Source of the DNA: Tubulanus polymorphus
Taxonomy: Eukaryota; Animalia; Nemertea
Direction of reading: 5' to 3'
Assembly (NCBI RefSeq): GCF_964204645.1
Contig: NC_134025.1
Span: forward strand, 3,720,001-3,784,000
Length of the DNA stretch: 64,000 nt
Shown in pieces: positions 30,243-45,200 of the stretch. The notes below the pieces were generated by a model. The model did no database searches and was not told where the DNA came from. It saw only the letters and a program-made list of their open reading frames with translations. Numbering within the stretch: position 1 is the stretch's first letter; every line of letters starts with the position of its first letter. The translations under genes were made by a program, and so were the position numbers.

Positions 30243-33200
30243 CTATGAAACAGAATGATAAAAACATTACATTTAATGAGGACTATATACGTTCGAGGAT
30301 TCTGCTAGTGGCAAGCGAGGATCCGCCTCGGATTCAAATAAGAACAATCGACTAACCTGATTCATGTGCGCTAAGCATGCTATGCATGCTATCCGAGTCC
30401 GTTCCCGAATCTTGACGGCTTTTTGGCTGCGGTGGATCGCCGAATAATTTCAAAACATCCTCGCCAAAGATTTCTACACATTTTTCGATCATGAATTCGA
30501 CGATGGAAGGCACTTTCTTCGAGGAATCGGCTTGCGCGGCTATTCCTGCTGACATCGGTGGCCACAGAAGACTCTGACTGATACAAACTCCGAGATTATA
30601 CGCGGTCATATTGTTGTCCTCTGAATGCTCTTCAATATAGTGAAGTATACAGAATAAATGCTGCAAAAGCATCTGATTGCATTTTGGCAGCGCTTGGAAC
30701 AAACTGCAATGAATAAAAAGAAAAATATATTTTACATAGCGCATGACTTAATTTCTAATAAATAGCACTTCAGATTGAACATAGTTATGTTCTTACCTAG
30801 AAATCTCAGCGATACGTTCTTCCGTTTCTTCAATCTCATTAGTAGCGACCCATTTATCATACAGTTCGCAGGTCATCACAGCATCAGGAAGTGATCGGAA
30901 AAAATCCTAGAATTTACATTCATTACAACATTTGAGCTATTGTCATTTTCACCTTTTTTGAAATCATTCAAACAGGGAGATATTTACCTTGATAACTGAG
31001 CCGGTCACTTGTGCGAACTTATCATCGAAATGAATCTCAGAACCGTTGTTTAGATCATCCTTCAGCTCTTTACAGATTTTGGCGTTCGCACTCACTCGTA
31101 ATATACCCTTCACAAAGGGGCCGTTATCGTACAGGTGACGAAACAAATCCTACACGAAACATTCAAATCAAACGAGATTGTAGCCATAACTCATGAGCAT
31201 AAAACAGTTAAAATCTTAGTCAATTTGTTGCTTCGTCTTACCATAAGCGTTTTTGGAATTTGATCATCGGTACAGATATCAGAAAGTTGATGACCGAAAA
31301 GTTTCCCAGGAAGAGGTGCTGTTTCAGAAGATGGCGAGTTCTTATTCTTACGAAAAAATGTGATTATCGGAGACTTCTTCTGGATGAGTTTCTTCAACTT
31401 CTTCTGATTTGCCGCATCATCTGTATGACAGAAAATATTGAAAATTATGAGTTTGGAACAGAGAGCAAAGAAAGGCCGATATAGTTGAGGCATTGACAAT
31501 TACAGTGAATCCATGGTTTAGTCTAATGGTTCTGTGACAGACTGATGTTTTCCTCATTTAGTTTGTTGATATCAATTATAGAATTTTCATTCCAGTAATA
31601 GTTATAGTAATAGTACATTTCAGTAAGAGTACTACGCCTTGAAAAAAATTGATGGATATGAATTTACCTGGTGTAAGATTCTTGTTTGATTTTCCGCGGC
31701 GTTTCAGAATAAACTGACACTGATATTCAGCGGGAACTGAAGTCGATCCTTTATCGGTATCAATCGGCAGAATGAATTCGTCGCCTTTTGATTTGATCGC
31801 GTCGCGAACGTAGTTCATTTTGATCGAGAACAGATTTTCATGACCAATCAATGGACATTGAGCGCTTTCTTTACCGGATACGACCCAGATCTGATAATCC
31901 TTAGGATCCAAATCCTGAAAAATCAATAATCATAAAACTTAATCAAATTATATTACACAATGGCATTTCAGTGTACAATGAAGAAGTATCAAGTACACTT
32001 TCATTTTACAATACAAATGATAATACACTGTAATGATAGAAATCATTTATTTTCTTTACATTATGCAAGATCTTCAATGTAACCTTTGCACTTTACACGA
32101 AATGAGATGCTGCAGCACTAAGTCCACAATGACCGAATAAAAACCAGAAGTACTTACCGGAGAATCATAATGTTCTAAGCACATTCTCACACAATCATTA
32201 GCATCATCTGTATTCGATATTGCTATGACTTTTGTCTGAAATAATGATTTTGAAAAATTATAATTTTCTGTATAACATCTACCGTTTATGAAACCGCAGA
32301 GAAAATATGATTTCATTCTAAAGCGTTATAAGCGTCACTTACGATCGGTAACCCTTCGGTATCTTTGTTCGATACTTTAATCGAAATAGATTTCGGTTCT
32401 TCGCGCATTTTCTCCTCCGCGATTTGCCTGATAATGAAATGTGGATACATTCTATATTCAAACTCGGGTAAATCAACACGACTTGATTTAGTTAATTTAG
32501 TCGGAACCGCGTTGTTTATTGTGAACCGTATCATTGAGATCGTCTCAATATCGTGCCACAAATTAGGTCCAATTGGCTGCAGCCTAATTCTTTCGATTCT
32601 ATGAAACTAGGAAGCCAGGGGAAATTCTATCCCCAACCAATACTTTCTGATGGTTGGCTGAAAATTGGATCACAAAGAATGAACTGAATACTCACTGTTT
32701 GATCTTATTCCACCACAATTCTTTCTCTTCCGGCGAGTTGAAAGTCGCTATGACGTTCATCATCGGCCAGCCCATCGCGAACGAGCGATCGACGGGAAGT
32801 TGAGGTATATCGGACGTGGTGCAATCGTCGTGGTAATCGTGCAGCCACAGTTCACACACTCGTATTCGATGTTTTAATTTGAAACTGGTCGACGTCGGCG
32901 AACGTTGTTTCGCGACGAGCAGCAGATCATTGAACAAAAACAGATATCGATCCTGCGTTTGTAAACTCTAAGAAAAACGAAAAAGAGAAAAACGATTTCG
33001 TCAGACAAATCACTACCATTAGCATTGAATACTGAATATCTATGTGCTTGTGATATATATATACAGGCAATCAGACATTCTCTTTTTAGACATATCGTCA
33101 TAAGTCAGAGTCAGTTACTGATAAACCAATCCTTACACGTAGTACTAAAATGATAAGCTTTATACAGTACTCGTAAGTGACGGCGAAAAAATGTTCGCGA

Positions 33201-36200
33201 AATTAATCGATAACCGTTCAATGAAAGGCATCAAACAGACAGGAAATAGAATACGAATGGTGTATGATACTATACAGACTGTACTAATCAGATTAATGAG
33301 TGTTTACTGTAGATATTGTTCGGTGGATCAATTATACAACAAATGAATGTTGTATCGTGTGGAAAAACCGATACAAATGCGCAAAATGGGCTTATCATGT
33401 TCTCTGTCAAAGGCGAAGACTGAATGTGAACATTTGAAATAGATATTTCATGAAAATGACCTACGCAAACTTTGACGAATTCTAAGTTTGCAAAAAGCGA
33501 AAATAGTAGTTATTTCAATGACTTTGTTTTTCGATAATGACATCAACAAAAAAAGCTTGGTAGATAAGAAAAAGATACTCTTAACAATAGTTCAGTATTT
33601 ATATCTAAGAAAAGTCTAGTCATTAATTTTCTTTCATTTTTCGATCATATCATTTCAAATGCACCGAATTCCATCACGACTTACCGAGACTAATTGAACG
33701 GGACCTTCTAAGATATAGAGACGTTTGTTTCCATTATTCATAGAAATTGACGGCGGTGATGGAGAAATGCTGTCCGCCAGAAACTGGTTGACTTTCGATG
33801 AACTCACTGGACTAGAAGATGAGTTTTTCAATGACTTATTTCCGCCTAACGTTTTCAGAAGAACGGCGCTCGGAGCCGATCGACGTCTGTGCTGTAACGT
33901 ACGTATTTTCTACAAAAAAAAGAGAACAATTTTTAAAATCTGATTGAAAAAAAAATCTTAACAAAATTCTTTTTCACTTTAGATATTCAGTCCCGGACGT
34001 AGTTCCTTTTACAATCACCTTGAATGATCTGTTTTTCAAATTGTCGCGGATAAAAAAGTTCCATTACACGACACACACACACACAGAACACATAGAGGTT
34101 AAACCACAAAGTATCGAAACTCAAACTAGGATGGTTTGCGAACTTTCGATCAACTTTATAAAGAAAACCACCCACACACTTGTTACGATAATTCACTTTT
34201 TAATCTAAGGTGAACACAGTATTCTGAATATAAATTCCCCAACCCAGCGCCTAGTGACGAGTTCAATGTTTTACGATTATGAATTACATTCCTTTTATGC
34301 TTGACCAATTAGTCGGCAATAATCATACACAACCCCCTGTGAATAGGATTTTAATTGCTTTATCTGACCACATTCAACAATTCTTAAGTCCTCAACCCAC
34401 ATAAATTACGAAAATTATTTGAAAAATTTTCCAAACCGGTGTATTAGACTTTCTTAGAAAGGGAAACTGAAAAATTGCTTTTTTAAAATTTTCAAAAATT
34501 CATTGAAGGGCAGAAAGGAGAGTCAAATAATAAACTTAATATCAAAACAAAATTCTTCAGTGAACCAAAAATAACATATAACGGGTGGCGAGTACATATT
34601 TCACAAGACTGAAACTGACAATAATCTTGATAGATTACTGTCTACATTTTTCTAGCTTCTAACAAGCAATAAATTCATATACGCGTGTCTATGTGTCTGT
34701 GCTATAAAATACAAATTCTATGAATTGTTCCAAGGTTGATGTCTGAGTGCGCCAAAAGACCAATTCCTACCTAGTCACAATCGCCTCAACCTACACGCAG
34801 GTCACCGAGGTAAAATAAATGCATGAATGAGACACTACTGGCCATTACTAGCAGTTTAGTTATGCATGTGTCACCGAAGGTACGGCTATTCCAAATAGGT
34901 TTCCAAGAACAGCCGAGATGTGGTTCAGTTAGTTGTACTATGTTTCACGTGGTTATGATAGAAATGAGTTTTATCAATAAACAAAATGTTTTCTCAAATT
35001 CTATTAATTCCAGAGATTTTTTCTCAAAACAAATTTGCTCCGACCGAACAGTTTTCTCTGAATACTTACAGATGATAGTTTTTCGTGTAGTTCTAAATCA
35101 TCATTAGGAAATCGATCTTGAACACTTTCCACTTTGTGCTCATTTTCCGCGACGTTCATTTCGTCCTCCCTTTCTTTAACCATCTAAAATTCAATCATCA
35201 ATCATCAATAAATTAGTAAAAGATTTTTAACTCAGTTCGCATGGCTCGTTCACAGATTGCGACCAGATTTCAAACCTCACCTTATTGACGGTTACGGCAG
35301 CTTTAGATAAATCTGCATAATCGGGATGTGATTGATCTGTTTCATTAAGTAAATCATGTAGGTATTTGTCGTACTCTGGAATCCGTTGGACCTGAAATGA
35401 CAAAAATTATACCAAACTCGATAAAAATTCCGTTGACAATAATCATAAAACCTACAGACAGTCTGTACATCATAAATCTGAGTGGTAGCTTTCATTTAGC
35501 CACAAGTATATGTTTGTGGTCATAAAACTGTAGACCACACAATGCCACTGTTGTGACCGATTGGCAAAGAATGATCTAACATCTTATCAACTATTCACTA
35601 GACATAGAATGTCAGAGGAAAACACTTTTTTCATTCACATGCAACATACCCATTGCCAAGTCTGTAGAAATTTGTCTTCGCGCATGTTTCCAATAGATCA
35701 TAACTCTATCAAATGACCAGTCATCATGAGTTACAGATCAGGATATATATATAGTTTGTCAACTGAATTAACTAATCATCCATAAAGTCTAGACTCCAGG
35801 CCAAATATTGCTCCATTCTTTATAATACGCTCAAGTAATTACGATCTCCTGATACTATTGAAACTCACAATCAAAACTGGCAAATGACTGGAGTAGAAGC
35901 TAATTATTTACTCAATCAATCTAATCCTAGTGGGGCCAACATTCGAACTAATTGATGTAATTAAAACAAACCAGCAAGTAAAGTTTTTCAATCCTCAGGT
36001 CTCTCCATAGCAAAATGTAAACTGCACACAACTCTTGAAAATAGTTTATTGTTTTATGACTAAGAAAAGAACATCTACTATTCTAGTATGACAAAATACC
36101 AGAAATTTAACAGTCAACCACCCAAATCCACCAAAGATTCATGTATCATTTCATGGCCAATTGGATCTATTATTCTAAGGCGATTACTAAGTCTAGCCAT

Positions 36201-39200
36201 GAAACAGGATTAACAGTGGCCATAGTTACATAATACTTAGAATACCACCAGTACAGAGAGAATAATTAATAGGGTATTGTAGATCTGTGTCATTTATACA
36301 ATGAAACCGAGTGTATGTATGTTACTGTGAAAGAATATATTACTGATATAACTGGTGGGGATTTAAATTAATTGCAAATTAGTTCCGCATAATCGTAACA
36401 GGACCTCAACCAGTTCATACATGTATCTCCTGTAGTAAACATGAATTTGAAACAAGCCAGAAAATCGTGTAATCAAGAAACATAATAATCTGCTCAAAAT
36501 TACACGGTAATTGACAGAGAAGCTTTCATAAGCTTAGAATTCAAAAAGGATTATTCAATGAAATAAATGTACATTTTTATAGAAAGATTATCAAAATCCA
36601 TGACGAATATCAACTGAATTATCGTCATTGAAACTTCAACAATTATTTTCATTAAAATCATACCGAATCATACCTGATACTGAACTGTTAGATTACTTCC
36701 ATTTAAAACATTAAGTCCTGACTTGGCTCGAACTGTGTTGAAGTTCTGATTGAAAATAATTCCATGCAAGCTCAATGACTGCGAACAAGGAGCGACTAAT
36801 GTCCCCATTTTCTTTCGAGTTCTTATCTAACCATCCACTATGTATCGTACAAGTAGTACATGTAGGTCAAGAATTAATCCACTTTTCGACAATATTCAAG
36901 AGTATTCCAAAAAAACTTGTGTTGTAATATGGACTGAAGTCAGTGAGTGACAAAGCTGTTCAGGTCTTAGTTCATATGGGGCACCCCCTATAGGATGGGG
37001 TAATTTACATATGAACAGAATCATAATGATGGCCATTATGATATTTTCTGTTAAGCCAAGTTTCAAAGTAGTGTTGATTGTCTTGCAAACACCTATTAAC
37101 AATTACTCTTAGTTGTTAATTACTGTAAAAGCAAGGTCAATCACACCTGTTCAAAAATGTTCATAAATATGTTGACATATCATTAACAGTTATGATATAA
37201 ACATCACCTAGGTATAAGCTCGGGATAGTCTTGAACTCAGTTCTAGAGCTCGTAGTTAAATTTGGCCCATCAGCTATCGCGATATCTTTGTCACAACGCA
37301 TCTTCATCTAAACAGGATAAACATTCATACATTCATAACAAAATTATAGGGATCTGAAGAAATTACTCTGGTCTACTTGGTCCTACAGTTCAAGGATTAC
37401 TGACTTACTCCATGGACTCTTATTCGTTTTAGTCCATGCTTACTGCTAGCCCCATCCATATTCATTCAAATCATTGTTTAGAGCCTGCTCACTATAGTTA
37501 CGTCTATGGAGACATCCCAAAGTGAAGAGATTATGATACTTGAGATAATTCAAGTCTTCTTGTAAATGTGCACGTAAATCACTATGTAATTAGGAACGAG
37601 ATTCCATTGTAGTTTTAATAATAGATGCGTGTAAATATGGCTAACAACGTTGTGTAATACAAGGGTAGAGTTGGCTTCACTAGGGATACCATACCCCAGG
37701 GGTATAGCAACACCACTGTAACGTAGCATACAGTTAGGAATACCTATTTAAAGAACATAGTCACGAAGACTATAAAATTTGCGAGTATTCTTCTATAGAG
37801 CCTCAAATATATTTTTATTGGAGGCCAACAACATAAAAATCAGATTAATTACTTTAAAGATCAAAAGATAAAAGACATTTTTCATTACTTACGAGTGGCT
37901 TCAGAGGCAGTGACTGAATATTTAGAATGTCACTGATATCATAACTGTGGCGCCTTATTAGAGGTTTCTTCATCGGAAGAGCCATTTTTCACTTTTTAGA
38001 GATAACCGTATATCAAAATTCATGCATTATGAAATCCTGGTATTTCTTCAATTCTGAATATAAAGTTCTACACACATCCCATCATCATCGTATCTACACA
38101 ACTGTCATTATAACTCTAATATCTCTGAATCACTGATTCAATGCAGCTATGCCTTACAACGAACTTCAGACTCGGTGTGTGACGAAAAAGGCAAATTTCC
38201 TGTGACTCACAAACTGAATTGAAACGGATCCGTCACAGACAAGCGTTTTGATTTCACTCTCCGAGCAAACAAACCAAACTACTTCACACTATGAATTCAT
38301 TAATCCTAATGTAAGCACATAAAAATACGTTCTATAATCTGGACATCCTGCAACCTATTCCAGAACAACTACCAGATACTTCTAAAAACACGAACATATC
38401 CTTTAACTCAATCCTTTCGAAAACTATCCAAACATCATTCCGCAAGGCGGCCATTCCCGGATTACAAGCCGTCCGATAACTTTCTATTTGAACAAATCGA
38501 TGTTTGCCAAAACGCATTCGAACAATGTCTGAAACATCCTACGCGTGCTGGCCGCCAATATGTGTGTGTCTTTCTGCCAAAGTAAATTGTAACCGTTTGA
38601 TTTGATAAGGCTCCAATCAACTTCGATCAAAGTCATGTCTACGCAGTATTAAGAATGATAATTGAAAGTCTTGCAGTACCATAAAGCATGCGCGGCTTAT
38701 TATTTCAACAAATATTTATCCACATGAAAAATCAGGATCATCTACGGTCAACTGATCATATACATGCATTGTTTAAACAATACCCAGCACAACTAGCAGA
38801 AATCCACTCAACTCTTAATACAGCCTGTTGATTCATAGCAGGGACTCCTAGTTACAAATCCTTTAATCACAACAGAATTAAAGAATTTTTTGGCATTTTG
38901 TTTTGAGAACTATCTTTATTTTAGAAAGATAAATAAATTAAAAAAATTAATTCAATCTCAAATAAAATTTATGGTAGTACTACGATTACGATGGTCCTAT
39001 TTACTTATCTGATAAAGCTATAGTTATGATAAATGTATTAGTTCAAAAATCGGTCAAGAAATCGGATGATTATTTCTGCTTTTATTCCGCTACAATCAAA
39101 TGTTCAACGTCCGACTTCAAACCATATAATCTCAACGAGGTTCATTTTGGTGCAATTTCCAAATATTAAACGTTAACTAAACATTTAATAAACAAGAGCT

Positions 39201-42200
39201 CGTTTGGCAAATAGCTCAACCAAATCATCAATTAAAATTCCTTTTCAAGGACACCAACCAGAACTTCACAACTATTACCAGCACTGAATATACCGGTAGA
39301 AGACACATTTTAATAAATCATATTTTCGCTCGACATATTTTCTACCACAAACTCGGGTCAACGCGGCGACCGAGTCCCAGCGCGACCAAAACATTAAAAT
39401 AACCGCAACATTTTCTACAACAGGAAACAAATATTCCTTTAGAAATTCGACGGGAGTGTCGATTAGTAAAATCAAAATCCAACATGCCAATTAATATACG
39501 ACATAGAAAGCTTGCCCCGCGGGCTTATACTTTATATACAACAACAGTCGTCTTTCCTGAAGTCTTTTTTTAATTCAGAACACAGCCGTCGTCAATTGAG
39601 AAACTTGTCAAACGGAAAGCTAATTTCATTGAAGATTATATACAAGCGTCGATATCGTTATGACTAGTTTTTCACGAGAATTGAATGAGTACGTGTGAGG
39701 GAATAAATATATCCGAATTCAACCCTGAAAACTAGATCTTCATTTATGATCGTCAGATATTTCACAGATGAAAACGTTTTTCATTCATGACGCGAATCAT
39801 TAAAAAATATAAATAATCAACATTTTCGCTTTAAATAAATGTTAGATTTTTGGCCCGAGAGATAACCTTTTGAATATAACACACTATTAATCTGTCGTAA
39901 TATACTGAACTCCTTGCCAAAATAAATATGGTCAGTCATAAGAAGAATCAGCAGAGAACTCTGGCCTGGTCATATCATACTTTAAACACTTAATTGATAA
40001 TTAAATACAACTCTTAATAACAAGTTGATCGACACTAAACACCCATTCAATGCTTTAAATAACTTAAATGTTTTCACACTAAAGATTTACGTAATTGTCA
40101 TTTTTCTTGGTAGAATACGCCTTAAACCTGAACAAATTTACAGTTAACGATAAACTGAAGTACTGAAACACAATGGCATGTTTTTGAAACCAGAAATCTA
40201 ACAGCGCTGACAATTACATAATAATTCACACTGGGATAAATCACCAATGAGTGTCATCTAAATATTTCAATGGCTTGTATTTCCTAGAATATCTAGGAAG
40301 TTTAGATTCTAGACGTACAAATAAATAATTAGTCGTCAAGAATCAATGGCAACTTTATCTGAAATTTTTCACTGAAATCATGAGTTTACAACTAGTACAA
40401 ATTGAATGAGATTCCTTTTGGATTAGTTTCGGGTATTAACGGATTATTTTCAGCCCCCCTTGAAATTCTGCAAGTCAGAAATAGTTAAAGTTTGTTTTAT
40501 ATCGTAATTAAATGGTATCTATCGACATATAATATAAATATATATATATACTTTCACAGTTTTCAAATCAAATTAAGTCAAATATTCAAAGAACAGAAAT
40601 ATTTGTAACATTCGTATCTCCTGAGTTTCATGCAAGAGATCAAGTCTGGTTTCGATCGAACGTATGTTCTGGTAAGCAATTTCAACAGCGATTCCAGAGT
40701 ACGAACTCCCTACTAGGTGCTTCTATCAGAGTATTCTGGAATCCGTACACTCCAAATGAAATTTGTCTATCAAGAAATATTAATTTGTGCTGAATTTCAG
40801 AAGATTCATCCACATTTTGAAACAGATCGACATCATCTTAGGAAGAGAGTTCAAGTATCCGAATAACCATAGAAGCGATAACACTAAAAACCTCATTTTC
40901 TAATGAGTAAAGTGAATCAAATGATTAAACTACAGGCGTGTAGTTTAATCATTCGATTCACTTGTATTTCACCTGACGAGGGGATATGATCCCGAAAACG
41001 TGCGTGTCAATAAACTGTCTTTACTCATTAGAAAATGAGGTTTTTAGTGTTATCGCTTCTATGGTTATAAAAATTGACATCATATTCAGTCAAAACTATG
41101 GTATACGATTTACTGAGTATAGAAAAACTCCATTTACATTAAGCAAAAAAAAAATTAACGCACCTTGACAACTTTGTGTAACTTCAGCGCAGGATCCGAG
41201 TTACTCCTATTATGCAGCGCCCTACGAAAGGCCATGACTCCCCGCACCGTATGGACCAAGGCCAAAGTCTTCGGCCTTTCCATCGGCATTTATTTTTATG
41301 GTAAAAAAATGAATAAATGAATCCACTAAAATCCTAATTGATCGATCAAACACAACGCGTTCTATAGTTTCAACTACTCAGCAGTTGTAATGAATTAAAA
41401 CTTGCTCGCAGTTCCTGTAAAGTGTGTTCCGTGTCGTCACACGAGGCACAGTTCACTGAATTTGTAAAGCACGAGTAAATCCTCCATGCAATTAATTATT
41501 CGTTTTTAATATGTGACACGCCGCACGTAAAAGGCACACTTTTTGTTTGCAAACATTTGTTAACGCGAGAGTCACCCCTACTGTCGACTTCGTCGTCGGT
41601 CTATACCAGGAATCTCGACAATCGTCTAAGACTACACAAAAGTTCAATAATTTTTCAAGATTATTTCGCATAAAAATCACCTCGAAACCTCGGAGTCGAT
41701 ACATTCCACTGACGCGTCTAACGTCAAAACACTTTTGATCGATGATTAAAGATACAAAACGAACATAATTTTTTAATGATGATTTCTGTATCTCTGAACA
41801 CTTGGAGATGTACGAAATTCTTAAATCAATAAAAACACAATCTGAGGTAATAAAAATTAGACCACAATTAACGGGGATTGAGGGTGTCAAGTAATATGTC
41901 AAGTGACCCATTAAAACACATAATAGTGTATTGAACTGCTTAGAAATTCGATATCATCTGAATACCGAATCTACATAAACAATGAATTGGATATTCAAAA
42001 TTGTGTCACTTTAAGAGCCGAAGAACGTTATAGATGGCAGCAACGGTTTTAGTAACGCGGTACCGGTTTTTCATAAAAACATGTCCCAAGACCTAGCAGA
42101 TCCAGATGGCAGCACTATTCAGCATTTACTGAGAAAAAAGACCGATTTTCAAAAAGCTAACTTACTGGTGAATAGAACATTGTGAGTTCATCGCTGAAGC

Positions 42201-45200
42201 AGAAATACTGAGATACGAGCGATGTTTCATTAGTAAATATGAGTGAATTAAAGAAAACACCCATCATCTGTGCACATATTCGTCATTATATTTTATGATA
42301 CATCTAGTGTAAACGTGCGTCACATTGAATTTCTGCCAAGTTGATTCAGCTGGTTTTGTGTGATGTCACGATACTCCGTATTCAAACGACAGATGTTTAA
42401 CTCGAAATGTAGTATACATGGATATTTACTATTAGTCAATTTCAAACAGTATATCATTTCTAAGAGAAACGAAAAAGGGCATTCAGTTCATCTTGAAATA
42501 TAAAAGGCAACAACAACTATGACTGCCTGAAGAGTAAATTAAACGAAGAAATTCCTCTTGTCAGTCCGAGTTCATAACTGAGGATTTCGAAAAAAATGTA
42601 CGCGTACATACATAACTGACAAGATAATATTCATTGTTTAAACTGAGAATCACTTATGTTACCCCCAACAGCCCGAGTCCCATTGACACAATGTCAATTG
42701 AATCTCGAAGTTATATTTGCTTTGTCATCTTCATACACCTATCAAATAGAGACAGGTCAAATTATGTTGTCTCTGTCAAATGTCAGTAAACATGTTGTTT
42801 TATCGTACAAAGCTCAGAACAGTGTCAACTATTGCCTCGGAATGAGGATATATATCAAAAATTGCTATTCACTTTTTGACAACTAATCATAAGATTAGCG
42901 AAATGATTTCGAAAGTCAGTGGCTCCACGTAGGATTCAAATGTTGATACGATATAATGACACAACCGCACTAACTGTATCGCCGTTGATCAAATTCATGT
43001 TTATACGACACTCATAATAAGTATTTTCTTTCCATTCATTAAATCAGTTCAGCAGATACATCAGAGTCATTCAGATCAAACTGAATATATTTAGATCTGA
43101 TAACCCCCCCATGTATTCAACCTTTTGTCGTAAAGATCTTCAAAAAACAAAGACAAGGCGCGCGTTTATTCCTAAAAATACCTTAATATGTACGACCTTA
43201 ATAGTTCTCTCTTATTGCGTATTTATTCAGTCTCGGGTTTTCAATTGAATGCGAAAGACACGAAACATAGATCTTTTCTACGACTCATAAGTCCTGTTAT
43301 TAATTCGGATGCACAAATATAAAGAAAGCCAAATATTTATACTCTGCGTAGAGTCTCAGTATACGTTGAATCAGAATATTTCTCTCTACACACCGCAGGG
43401 TCGGTCTCAACATACTGGCATATTGGAAATATCATATTCATATAGAATTGATGAAAATTTCAGAGCAAATAAACGAATCGAATTCTCATCGATGAATGCG
43501 AGAATGTCTGGAACCAGAGTTCAAATCAACCGATGTTTCGTGTATTCTCTTTTGAAGAATTTGAAATTCGATCCACAGAAACCGAATTTAATGTTTCAGA
43601 TAACGAAGCCGTATATATTCATGAATATACATAATCAGTCCATTTTATCGCATAAACTTGCCCGGACTGGCCACAGATGTCATCGCAACATGTAATTTTC
43701 ACAACAGATATTCGTGTATTGACGTTCATATGTACGATATACGACAACACCAAACATATATCATACATTACATTACAAATGAATACCGGTACTGTTAAGG
43801 AATGAAGTAGATGGTTACTGAAAAAGGACTTCACTTTCGCTGACATCGACAAATGCAAAAACGAATACGCTCGTGTTGTAAGAACGTTTTTAAATAAATG
43901 AATTTCTCCGCTGACGAAAACAGATCATTGAATGATATCAATTGAAGAATGCTCTAAAACCCATTAAACGAGGCACCAAACATTTCCATAATTCATATTC
44001 ACAACGTCGCATATTGAATTCGTGATTTCATATGATTTATATGGAAGTACAGACTCAATAGAATATTGTTTTATATTAAACCTAAAAACATACCTCGAAA
44101 TCAGCGCCGACGTCCAAATCAGCGGGTGAGATCACGAACCACGAATATTTATCATCGACGGGAATCAGAGTATGATCGAACAGTTCTTTGCCTTTCGTAT
44201 TCATAATCTGCGACTTCCTTCCGAGACGCGGGGATCGCAAACGGAATTTACGCCGTCGAGGGGATGTTAAATGAGCGGGATCCTCATCGGGTGATGACAT
44301 AATCTCCTCGGGAAATTCTTTATTCAGAAGGTCGAGAGATAGATGAAAATCATCGTAAGAGTTTCTTATAAGTTGAGATGATTTGGCCTGCGTGACGGGC
44401 ACTGACCGACGTTTAATAACGTCATCTCCGTCCACGTGGAATTTATTCCTCATTTCCACGTGTAACGGCCACGTTATACTCATATCCGCGCCATCGTCGG
44501 CGCTCGTATTTTCGACGCGAACTGACGGAATTTGTCTCCGCTCGAGAACGGGAGACGACGGCTGCGATCGCGACGTTTTAACGAACAACTTCGTAAAAGC
44601 GCTCTTCGTCTTCCGCACTTTGAATTTTCGTCGTTCTTTAACGACACCGGGATCGCTGTCGGCGCCGCCGTCCGCAGGGAAATTAATTTTCAATCCGGCC
44701 GGCAGCGTTTTACTTAAAACGTCGGCTCGCAGTCGATTATTATCGGAATACCCGTATTCGAGACTCGTCGATTTTCTCAAGGGTTTTTGAGTCGTAACGT
44801 TGCGCCCTAACCCGGCGATCGCCTCTAAACCGTGCGATTCTATAGTTATATGACCGCTATCCTCTAAACTCGCGCCGGAATGTCTCTTAAACGAACGTTG
44901 ATCGTCGGGTGAAGAATCGTACAGATCTTTACCACCGACCTGCGTTCTAGTCGGTACATCTTTAACCGAACCGCTCGCCAAGAATATCTCCATATCGTGC
45001 GGCTCGTCGACTTTGAAAGGTCCGATATCGGACCCTCGTTTGATGGTCGTATCGAACTGAAGTTTAGAAGGACGCAGCGGAGAACTTCCTCGCGGAGGAG
45101 AACTCGCCGGTGAAATATCGTTATTATTCGGACTGATCTTTCGTCGTCGCAGTCTCGGGGATAGATCCGTATGAATCCTCGGCGTCCTCGTCGCTGCGCG

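Noticed and set aside
41180-41287. GC-rich segment with GAAAGGCC/GGCCTTTC inverted octamers, considered as a tRNA, SINE or ribozyme
   Set aside because: No cloverleaf, no A/B boxes and no ribozyme core could be built.
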